DNA from: a virus
Reading direction: 5' to 3' (one strand)
Virus record (IMG/VR): IMGVR_UViG_3300028026_000005
Coordinates: 1 to 22,961 of that record
Length of the DNA: 22,961 nt
In this document: piece after piece, positions 7,499 to 14,775 of the stretch
How the letters are laid out: each line of letters begins with the position of its first letter
Position numbering within the stretch: position 1 is the stretch's first letter
Position numbers and translations under genes: made by a program
The notes under the pieces: model-generated
Database searches by the model: none
Told to the model about the DNA's origin: nothing
Seen by the model: only the letters and a program-made list of their open reading frames with translations

Positions 7499-8333
7499 AA
7501 ACATTTACGCAACCCCTGATGCTATGAGAGCAATCGAACGCGCCGGGAGGGTTTGTTATAGGTCTGATGGTAAAACAACAAGACATTCGGCGGCTCCTTT
7601 TGTAAAACGATTAATAGAAAACGGTCATGAATCAATACTAGAACACGCCACGGCAAGCTTTAGGGTTGTTACAGACAGGGGTGTATCTCATGAAATCGTG
7701 CGACACAGGCTGAGTTCTTTTGCTCAAGAATCGACAAGGTTCTGTAACTATACGAAGAAAAAGTTTGGTGGAAATATACTGTTCATTAAGCCAGCAGGGT
7801 TGACTCCGCAGCAGGAAGATGATTGGTTGGCGTTCTGTGAACGTTCGGAGCGTTTATACTTTAATTGGATTTCCCAAGGCGCAAGTCCGCAGCAAGCAAG
7901 GCATATTTTGCCGATAAGCTTAAAGACAGAACTGGTTTGGACTGCAAATTTCAGAGAATGGCGCACGATATTGAAACAACGATTGTCCACTGCGGCGCAT
8001 CCTCATATGCAATTTGTTGCTGGTAAGATATATGACTGGTTTTTGAAAAAGTACCCTATAATGGTTTTCGACATTGTTAATCTTGACGCATACTACGGTA
8101 AAGAAAAAATGCTGCTTTTGTCAAAAAATCATAAAACTTCAAAAAAAGAGCTATGGCAGTTAGCTTTCGCAAAGGAAGAAGAAGTGCGGATTAATGTAGC
8201 TAAAAATAAGACTACTCCGACTACGTTGCTGCATGTCTTAGCAAAAGATTTGATGGAAAAAGTACAAAAGGCAGCACTTTGCGCTATTGGAAAACGACGA
8301 AAGAAGGTAGAGCAGAATGAAGACTTTGGTTAA
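7473..8333 (+). CDS. thyX: FAD-dependent thymidylate synthase ThyX with C-terminal LRV-like repeat extension
   Basis: GHESILEH, HEIVRHRLSSFAQESTRF (RHRx7S signature), ARHILP and NFREWR...RLSTAAHP; GAGGAGG RBS. Confidence 0.95.
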   Translation: MKTVKPSVKNIYATPDAMRAIERAGRVCYRSDGKTTRHSAAPFVKRLIENGHESILEHATASFRVVTDRGVSHEIVRHRLSSFAQESTRFCNYTKKKFGGNILFIKPAGLTPQQEDDWLAFCERSERLYFNWISQGASPQQARHILPISLKTELVWTANFREWRTILKQRLSTAAHPHMQFVAGKIYDWFLKKYPIMVFDIVNLDAYYGKEKMLLLSKNHKTSKKELWQLAFAKEEEVRINVAKNKTTPTTLLHVLAKDLMEKVQKAALCAIGKRRKKVEQNEDFG

Positions 8334-8412
8334 AAATGTTCTGAGGAGAGCTGCTGTGGGAGTCTTAATAGCAACAGCACTATTGCTATTCTGTTTATGC
8401 CTCAAACAATAA
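8317..8412 (+). CDS. Small single-TM protein (31 aa; not in ORF track)
   Basis: MKTLVKNVLRRAAVGVLIATALLLFCLCLKQ; GAAGGT upstream; fills the intergenic gap. Confidence 0.5.
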   Translation: MKTLVKNVLRRAAVGVLIATALLLFCLCLKQ

Positions 8413-8431
8413 TCAAAGAAAGGTTGTTTAA

Positions 8432-8965
8432 GTGAAGCTCAAGATAGGTGATGTAGAAAGAGCGATGGCTAAAGCGATAGCTGATTTCCTCCAGAGACTA
8501 GATATTGACCACAAAAAAAGGATGCCGTACTTTTTAACGCAAAACAGAAGGGGTATCGAAGAGTTTTTATCGCAATACAAGTACAGGCTGTTGTGCTGCA
8601 ACTCTAGGAATCCTTTGACCTTAACCGCACGCGACATTAAAATTCTGACGACGTTGAACATGACTGAGCGACGACGTAAACGTTTAGAGTTTATGGCTTT
8701 TCTTTATTATGTAAGATCGGAGCTAGCTGATTTCATACTGTTTAGGAAAAAAGCTATGGCTAGTATTGTTAAATTTGTCTTCAGAAGAATGACTGATTGC
8801 TGCTCCGTGTCGAGATACAACTTACGCCTTTCAACCCCCAAGAAACGCAGGGGGGAAGGAGGTGTTGGTGTCCACGTGGTATTTGGCCTTAAAAATGGCA
8901 ATCCACGATGTGTTCTTATTCCTTATCGCGATGAGCAGGTGCAATTCTTAACGTTTGCAGAATAA
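8432..8965 (+). CDS. Basic hypothetical protein
   Basis: GAAAGG RBS, GTG start, 177 aa. Confidence 0.7.
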   Translation: MKLKIGDVERAMAKAIADFLQRLDIDHKKRMPYFLTQNRRGIEEFLSQYKYRLLCCNSRNPLTLTARDIKILTTLNMTERRRKRLEFMAFLYYVRSELADFILFRKKAMASIVKFVFRRMTDCCSVSRYNLRLSTPKKRRGEGGVGVHVVFGLKNGNPRCVLIPYRDEQVQFLTFAE

Positions 8966-8982
8966 CTAAACGAGGAGATAAA

Positions 8983-9030
8983 ATGATCGTCGGCGAAATC
9001 CCTAGAGAATACTCCTCTATGTCGAGGTGA
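8983..9030 (+). CDS. Possible 15-aa micro-ORF
   Basis: GAGGAG RBS before ATG 8983; MIVGEIPREYSSMSR. Confidence 0.35.
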   Translation: MIVGEIPREYSSMSR

Positions 9031-9040
9031 AAAATAGATA

Positions 9041-9069
9041 GTGGCGGGGCTACTTGGTGGCCCCGCTGC
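9041..9069 (+). terminator. GC-rich intergenic hairpin
   Basis: GTGGCGGGGCTAC-ttg-GTGGCCCCGCTGC, 13 bp including G-U pairs; no U-tail. Confidence 0.45.
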
Positions 9070-9087
9070 GACCAACAGGAGGTTAGC

Positions 9088-9387
9088 TTGTTAAAGCAAA
9101 AAGTTAGAACGGTACGAATAGTTGAAAATAATGCAGGTAGATTTTTCTACCCAGTAGCCATTAACGGCGAAATGATTTTCAAGAGAGAAGAAGATGCGAA
9201 AGCGGAACTTAAAAAGTTGTTGCAATTATTGCAAACGTTAGGGCTTGAGGGGAAAGTTAGCATAGCGCCAGTTTTCCTCCCTTTCTACATAAGCGGGTGG
9301 TATTTAGTTTATGACCCAAAATCCGACACAGATCAAATTTTGCAAACATTAGGTGAGCTGTTAAATTTTGGAAACTGTGATGAATAG
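9088..9387 (+). CDS. Hypothetical protein
   Basis: AGGAGG RBS, TTG start. Confidence 0.75.
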   Translation: MLKQKVRTVRIVENNAGRFFYPVAINGEMIFKREEDAKAELKKLLQLLQTLGLEGKVSIAPVFLPFYISGWYLVYDPKSDTDQILQTLGELLNFGNCDE

Positions 9388-9408
9388 ATCGGGAAGCAAG
9401 GAGTTATT

Positions 9409-9690
9409 TTGGGAAAAGGTTTCTTAGGTAGGAAAATACTCTCGAAAAAAGTTAGTAATTTGTTGTTTGGGGAAATTAAAAAAAAGCGGAGATGCGCAAA
9501 ACTGACAAAACTGTACAAATCAATGATGTTGCCCAGCTTGGGTGCGGCGGCGCTTTTTGTTGTAGGGGCGATACTAACAGCCTATACAGGTAATTTCTTG
9601 TACTGGCTAATAGGATTGGTTTTAGTGTTTGCTTACCCTGCATTGATTTTGTGGATGTTGTGGACTTGCAAGGAAACGCGAGAAAAATGA
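9409..9690 (+). CDS. Membrane protein with two TM helices
   Basis: AAGGAG RBS; basic N-terminus followed by two hydrophobic segments. Confidence 0.75.
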   Translation: MGKGFLGRKILSKKVSNLLFGEIKKKRRCAKLTKLYKSMMLPSLGAAALFVVGAILTAYTGNFLYWLIGLVLVFAYPALILWMLWTCKETREK

Positions 9691-9700
9691 GGAGAGTAAA

Positions 9701-10318
9701 ATGAATTTGAACAAAACAGACGGTACTAAGTTTTGCAAAGCAATTTTTGAATCTGAAAAGCTGTCTAGTTTATCTCCGGCTGAGCTTAAAAAGGTAGAGA
9801 AAATAAGTCTCCTCGAGAAGGAGATTGACATGGATGAACTCAGCTCAATTCTTGTCCAATGCGTTAATCTAAAAAAACTTACTCTTACCAATCCGCGCCA
9901 CCCGAATTGGGATTTTTTAGCTAATTTAACCTTGCTTGAATATGTCTTATTGGAGGGTGCTAAAAGTTTGAAAACTGCCATAGAATTCATGAGCAATCTT
10001 CCAAGGTTAACGACCCTTATAGTAATTAACAGTCCGTTGATGGACGATAGCATCAAAATGTTAAAGAAATCCAATATTAAAATGCTCGGGTTGCCAGGCA
10101 CTCTAGTGACGGACAGCTCAGCAGAAAGTTTAAGTAAAATTAATCTTGAAGAATTAGATTTAGCGTGGACACTAATTGGGGATGCAGGTGCCCGTAAATT
10201 ATTTGGTATGGAACTTAAGGCTGTGCGTTTTGGGGCATATGTCACAGAAGGCTGCATCAAAGAATTTAAGGCAGTCAATCCAACCTGCAAAGTCTATCGA
10301 AACTGGGAGCATGTATGA
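9701..10318 (+). CDS. Leucine-rich repeat protein
   Basis: LxxLxL repeats (NLKKLTL, LLEYVLL, RLTTLIV, NIKMLGLPGTLVTD, NLEELDLAWTLIGDAG) and cap CIKEFKAVNPTCKVY. Confidence 0.85.
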   Translation: MNLNKTDGTKFCKAIFESEKLSSLSPAELKKVEKISLLEKEIDMDELSSILVQCVNLKKLTLTNPRHPNWDFLANLTLLEYVLLEGAKSLKTAIEFMSNLPRLTTLIVINSPLMDDSIKMLKKSNIKMLGLPGTLVTDSSAESLSKINLEELDLAWTLIGDAGARKLFGMELKAVRFGAYVTEGCIKEFKAVNPTCKVYRNWEHV

Positions 10319-10590
10319 GCTCCAACAATTACCCTGACTTGCCTGCAAAATATATGTGGGCAAGTTTGAAAGGTGGAGTGTATCTGCATCGTAAAGGGAT
10401 TAATATTTCAGGGAAAGGGCAAAGAGTTACCTTCCTTACGAAAGAGGCAGCGGCGAGAGAACTGAATCGAATCTGCGACGCGCAGCACTGGACACAAGCT
10501 GAAACTGCAAGATGCTCTATTGAAAGACTGGTTGGTGTCAAGGGTGTGCCAGGCAGATATTCTATTCGACTTGGGTACGATTGCGTATAA
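10315..10590 (+). CDS. Hypothetical protein, paralogue of 6771..7079
   Basis: ATGA coupling; LPAKYMW, GVYL, RCSIERL and GRYSIRL. Confidence 0.75.
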   Translation: MSSNNYPDLPAKYMWASLKGGVYLHRKGINISGKGQRVTFLTKEAAARELNRICDAQHWTQAETARCSIERLVGVKGVPGRYSIRLGYDCV

Positions 10591-10607
10591 CAGTCCATAA
10601 CTCTTAG

Positions 10608-10635
10608 TTGAAATCGTACCCTATTACGGTATAAA
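10608..10635 (+). promoter_or_regulatory. Sigma70-like promoter, possibly driving the repeat-gene array
   Basis: TTGAAA, 16-nt spacer, TATAAA (GGTATAA context). Confidence 0.5.
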
Positions 10636-10665
10636 ACTGTGAAACAATATTATTAGGAGTGAAAT

Positions 10666-10866
10666 ATGAACAGCAATACAAAAACCAGTCATAAACCAAG
10701 AAAGTTTTTTTGGTTAGTCGAAGAAACGGCAGACGGAAAACCCGAAAGGATTATTAACGGGTTTACCTCGAAAGAGTTAGCGCTAAGAGCAAAGTTTTTA
10801 GCTGTCGCTCGCGCTGAGAAAGATAAAAATAGCGCAGAAAAGAGATATTCTATCTGCGTTAATTGA
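10666..10866 (+). CDS. Small hypothetical protein
   Basis: AGGAG RBS; GFTSKELA motif. Confidence 0.7.
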   Translation: MNSNTKTSHKPRKFFWLVEETADGKPERIINGFTSKELALRAKFLAVARAEKDKNSAEKRYSICVN

Positions 10867-10887
10867 CAAGTATTAAACTACCTGTTA

Positions 10888-10936
10888 CCCCCCCCTGAAA
10901 GGGGCGCCTAGTTGATAGCAAATCGCTGGGCGCCCC
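10888..10936 (+). promoter_or_regulatory. C8 tract and two mutually exclusive hairpins upstream of the repeat-gene array
   Basis: CCCC-TGAAA-GGGG (10892-10904) competes with GGGGCGCCTAG (10901-10911) pairing to CTGGGCGCCCC (10926-10936). Confidence 0.45.
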
Positions 10937-10981
10937 GAAAATTATCTTTTGGCTTCTTTTTTTACGGAGGAGAATGAAAAA

Positions 10982-12355
10982 ATGATTTGCATAAAAGCAT
11001 TTGAGAAAGGTTTGATTTGCAAGGGCTTCCCATACGAAGTTGGCAAAACATACATCATGTCAAGGAACAAGGTCAAGCTTTGCAGTAGAGGTTTCCATGC
11101 TGCGAACGGCACGGATCCAAGCCTTACGTTGGAGTATTATTCACTAACAGAATCGACCGAATATTGCTTGGTAGATATTAACGTAGTATCATCAGATGAC
11201 GACAAAGTTGTTGGCGACAAGATTAAGATAGTGCGCAAGTTATCTTTAGATGAGGTCATAGAACTAGATAAAACCGGCGAATGGTGTGCTTGTTTTGCAA
11301 CATACGTCAAAGGCGCCGACATCAAGAAGCTTCAAGCTGCGGTTATCAAGAAAGATAAAACTGGCGAATGGTGCGCTTACTTTGCAGCATACGTCAAAGG
11401 CGCCGACATCAAGAAGCTTCAAGCTGCGGTTGTAAAACTAGATAAAACTGGCGAATGGTGCGCTTACTTTGCGGGCCACGTCAAAGCCGCCGACGTTAAA
11501 AAGCTTCAGGCTAAGGTTATAAAACTAGATAAAACTGGCCAATGGTGTGCCAACTTTGCAATATTTGCCGAAGGTGCAGACATCAAGAAACTTCAAGCTG
11601 AGGTTATCAAGAAAGATGAAACCGGCCAATGGTGCCATTGGTTTGCAAGAGCAGTCGAAGGTGCCGACATAGAGAAACTTCAAGCTGAGGTTATCAAGAA
11701 AGACAAGATTGGCGAATGGTGCTATCTCTTTGCAAGAGACGTCAAAGGTGCCGACATCAAAAAGCTCCAAACTGCGGTTATTGAGAAAGACAAAACTGGC
11801 GAAGAGTGTACCTACTTTGCAGAATACGTCGAAGGCGCTGATATCAAAAAGCTCGAAGCTGAGGTTATCAAGAAAGATAAGACTGGGAAATGGTGCCGTT
11901 GGTTTGCAAAATACATCAGGTGGGCCGACTTCGAGAAGCTCCAAGCTGAGGTTATCAAGAAGGATAAGACTGGCGAACAGTGTTATAGCTTTGCAAGAGA
12001 TGTAAAAGGCGCAGCCATCAAGAAACTCCAAGCAGAGGTTATTAAGAAAGATAAAACTGGTAGATGGTGTGCTTACTTTGCAGCATTGATTCAAGCCGCC
12101 GACATCAAAAAGCTCCAAACTGCGGTTATTAAGAAAGATAAGACTGGCAGATGGTGCCTCTACTTTGCAGATTACATCAAAGGTGCAGACATTGAAAAGC
12201 TCCAAGCTGCGGTTATTGAAAAAGACAAAACCGGCAAATTGTGCTATAACTTTGCGAGAGACGTCGAAGGTGCAGACATCGGGAAGCTTCAAGATGCGAT
12301 TGCAGGCAAAGATAAGCGCAATCAATTGGCCAAGCGTTTGTTAAACATGCCGTGA
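10982..12355 (+). CDS. DUF7666-like N-terminal domain + 12 x 29-aa hypervariable helical repeats (457 aa)
   Basis: GGAGG at 10966-10970; the start MICIKAF is shared with the paralogues. The 98-aa head (KAF..GL.CKGF.YEVGKTY...GFHA...YY...YCLV...KIKIVRKLSL) is followed by repeats GEWCxxFAxxVKGADIKKLQAAVIKKDKT. Confidence 0.9.
   Translation: MICIKAFEKGLICKGFPYEVGKTYIMSRNKVKLCSRGFHAANGTDPSLTLEYYSLTESTEYCLVDINVVSSDDDKVVGDKIKIVRKLSLDEVIELDKTGEWCACFATYVKGADIKKLQAAVIKKDKTGEWCAYFAAYVKGADIKKLQAAVVKLDKTGEWCAYFAGHVKAADVKKLQAKVIKLDKTGQWCANFAIFAEGADIKKLQAEVIKKDETGQWCHWFARAVEGADIEKLQAEVIKKDKIGEWCYLFARDVKGADIKKLQTAVIEKDKTGEECTYFAEYVEGADIKKLEAEVIKKDKTGKWCRWFAKYIRWADFEKLQAEVIKKDKTGEQCYSFARDVKGAAIKKLQAEVIKKDKTGRWCAYFAALIQAADIKKLQTAVIKKDKTGRWCLYFADYIKGADIEKLQAAVIEKDKTGKLCYNFARDVEGADIGKLQDAIAGKDKRNQLAKRLLNMP
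11276..12319 (+). repeat. 12 x 87-bp coding tandem repeat
   Basis: Counted directly: 98 + 12x29 + 11 = 457 aa. Confidence 0.9.
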
Positions 12356-12365
12356 AGGAAGAAAA

Positions 12366-13409
12366 ATGATTTGCATAAAAGCATTTGGGGCAGGTTTGGT
12401 TTGCAAGGGCTTTCAGTACGAAGTCGGCAAAACATACATCATGCCAAGGAACAAGGTCAAGCTTTACAGGAGCGGGTTCCATGCTGCGAACGGCACGGAT
12501 CCAAGCCTTACTTTGGAGTATTACCCATTAACAGAAACGACCGAATATTGCATGGTCGACATTAACGTAATATCATCAGATGGCGACAAAGTTGTTGGCG
12601 ATAAGATCAAGATATTGCGCAAGTTATCTTTGGATGAGGTCATAGAACTAGACAAGACTGGTGAATGGTGCTTCAACTTTGCGAAAGACGTAAAAGGTGC
12701 CGACATCAAAAAGTTTCAAGCTAAGGTTATTGAGAAAGATAAAACTGGCGAATGGTGCGCTTACTTTGCAGCATTTGTCAAAGGTGCCGACATCGAGAAA
12801 CTTCAAGCGGCGGTTATCGGGAAAAATAAGACTGGCAGATGGTGTACCTACTTTGCAGAATACGTAAAAGGTGCCGACATCAAAAAACTTCAAGCTGCAG
12901 TTATCAAGAAAGACAAAACTGGCTATCCGTGCTACGACTTTGCAAAACACGTCAAAGGTGCCGACATTAAAAAGCTCGAAGCTGCTGTTATTGAGAAAGA
13001 TAAGATCGGCGATATGTGCTATCTCTTTGCAAGATACATCAAAGGCGCAGACATCAAGAAACTTCAAGCTGCGGTTATCAAGAAGGATGAAACTGGCTTT
13101 TGGTGCTTTCGGTTTGCAAGATACGTCAAAGGTGCCGACATCAAAAAGCTCCAAGCTGCAGTTATCAAAAAAGACAAGACTGGCCAATGGTGCTATCGGT
13201 TTGCAGAAGACGTCAAAGGCGCAGACATCAAGAAACTTCAAGCTAAGGTTGTCAATAAAGATGGAATCGGCGAATACTGTTATTGCTTTGCAAGAGGCGT
13301 CAAGGGTGCCGACATCGAAAAGCTTCAAGCGGCGGTTGCAGGCAAAGATAAGCGTCGTCGATGGATCAAGCGTTTGTTGGATATACCGGTTCAAAAGGAA
13401 GAAAAATGA
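12366..13409 (+). CDS. DUF7666-like domain + 8 x 29-aa repeats (347 aa)
   Basis: Paralogue of 10982..12355; 98 + 8x29 + 17 aa. Confidence 0.9.
   Translation: MICIKAFGAGLVCKGFQYEVGKTYIMPRNKVKLYRSGFHAANGTDPSLTLEYYPLTETTEYCMVDINVISSDGDKVVGDKIKILRKLSLDEVIELDKTGEWCFNFAKDVKGADIKKFQAKVIEKDKTGEWCAYFAAFVKGADIEKLQAAVIGKNKTGRWCTYFAEYVKGADIKKLQAAVIKKDKTGYPCYDFAKHVKGADIKKLEAAVIEKDKIGDMCYLFARYIKGADIKKLQAAVIKKDETGFWCFRFARYVKGADIKKLQAAVIKKDKTGQWCYRFAEDVKGADIKKLQAKVVNKDGIGEYCYCFARGVKGADIEKLQAAVAGKDKRRRWIKRLLDIPVQKEEK
12660..13355 (+). repeat. 8 x 87-bp coding tandem repeat
   Basis: Counted directly from the translation. Confidence 0.9.
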
Positions 13410-14575
13410 TTTGCATAAAAGCATTTGGTGACGGTTTGTTTTGCAATGGCTTCCCATTCGAAGTTGGCAAAACATACACCATGCCAAAGTACAAGGTCAA
13501 GCTTTACGAGAGCGGTTTTCATGCTGCGAACGGCACTGATCCAAGCCTTACTTTGAACTATTATCCGCCAATAAAAACGACCGAATATTGTTTGGTCGAC
13601 ATTAACGTAGTATTGTCAGATGGTTACGAAGTTGTTGGCGATAAGATCACGATATTACGCAAGTTGTCTTTGGATGAGGTCATAGAAAAAGACAAGACTG
13701 GCAAATGGTGCTATCGGTTTGCAACAGACGTAAAGGGTGCCGACATCAAAAAGTTTCAAGCTAAGGTTATCAAGAAATGTAAAACCGGCGAATGGTGTTT
13801 TTGGTTTGCACGACACGTAAAGGGTGCCGACATCAAAAAGCTTCAAGCGGCAGTTATAAAAAAAGACGAAACTGGCGAATGGTGCTATAACTTTGCAAAA
13901 CACATAAAAGGCGCCGACGTCAAAAAGCTTCAAGCTAAGGTTATCAAGAAGGATAAAACCGGCTATTGGTGCTGTCTCTTTGCAAGATACGTCAAAGGTG
14001 CCGACATCGAGAAACTTCAAGCGGCGGTTATCGGGAAAGATAAGACTAGCTATTGGTGCTTTCTCTTTGCAAGATACGTCAAAGGCGCAGACATAAAGAA
14101 GCTTCAAGCCGCAGTTATCAAGAAAGACGAGTTCGGCGAATTGTGCTACGACTTTGCAAGATACATCAAAGGTGCCGACATCAAAAAGCTTCAAGCTGCG
14201 ATTATTAAGAAAGATGAAACCGGAAAATTGTATTTCAAACTTGCGGCATACGTCGAAGGTGCAGACATCAAGAAGCTTCAAGCTAAGGTCATCAAGAAGG
14301 ATAAGACTGGCGAATGGTGTTTTTTGTTTGTAAAACACGTCGAAGGTGCAGACATTAAAAAGCTCGAAGCTGCGGTTGTTGAGAAAGATAAGACTGGCGA
14401 ATGGTGCTATTATTTTGCAAACGAGATCGAAGGTGCCGACATCGAGAAACTTCAAGACGCTGTTATTGAAAAAGGTAAAACTGCTCTTTGGTGCCAGTGC
14501 TTTGAAATAGTTAAGGGCGCAGACATAAAGAAGCTTCAAACTGCGATTGCAGATAAAGATTGGAGGCGTCAATGA
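13406..14575 (+). CDS. DUF7666-like domain + 10 x 29-aa repeats (389 aa)
   Basis: The likely start MICIKAF at 13406 overlaps the previous stop (ATGA); the last repeat is 28 aa. Confidence 0.9.
   Translation: MICIKAFGDGLFCNGFPFEVGKTYTMPKYKVKLYESGFHAANGTDPSLTLNYYPPIKTTEYCLVDINVVLSDGYEVVGDKITILRKLSLDEVIEKDKTGKWCYRFATDVKGADIKKFQAKVIKKCKTGEWCFWFARHVKGADIKKLQAAVIKKDETGEWCYNFAKHIKGADVKKLQAKVIKKDKTGYWCCLFARYVKGADIEKLQAAVIGKDKTSYWCFLFARYVKGADIKKLQAAVIKKDEFGELCYDFARYIKGADIKKLQAAIIKKDETGKLYFKLAAYVEGADIKKLQAKVIKKDKTGEWCFLFVKHVEGADIKKLEAAVVEKDKTGEWCYYFANEIEGADIEKLQDAVIEKGKTALWCQCFEIVKGADIKKLQTAIADKDWRRQ
13700..14566 (+). repeat. 10 x ~87-bp coding tandem repeat
   Basis: Nine units of 87 bp plus one of 84 bp. 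Confidence 0.9.
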
Positions 14576-14760
14576 GCCCAGCTGATTTCGTTATAGCACT
14601 AGATAAAACCGGCGAATTGTGCTATTGGTTTGCAAAATACGTAAAAGGTGCTGACATTGAGAAGCTCGAAGCTGCAGTTGTTAAAAAACGCGAACTTGAT
14701 TTTTGGGACCTTTTCTCTGACCTTAAGTTTTGTTCTGAGAAACTGTTCTGTGGCTGCTAG
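14572..14760 (+). CDS. Single-repeat mini-paralogue or remnant lacking the N-terminal domain (62 aa)
   Basis: GGAGG RBS and ATGA overlap; VIALDKTGELCYWFAKYVKGADIEKLEAAVVKK. Confidence 0.65.
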   Translation: MSPADFVIALDKTGELCYWFAKYVKGADIEKLEAAVVKKRELDFWDLFSDLKFCSEKLFCGC

Positions 14761-14775
14761 AAGTGGAGGAAACTT

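Noticed and set aside
9622-10290. 222-aa minus-strand ORF and other short minus-strand ORFs
   Set aside because: They lie in the shadow of well-supported + strand genes and have no RBS or motifs.
11525-14572. Long antisense ORFs (266, 279, 305 aa) and alternate-frame ORFs across the repeat genes
   Set aside because: They are by-products of a periodic 87-bp unit with few stops in those frames; no RBS or independent motifs.
11276-14700. CRISPR array or diversity-generating retroelement
   Set aside because: The repeats are in-frame coding units without unique spacers. There is no RT, cas gene or non-coding template repeat in the window, and the variation is not adenine-specific.
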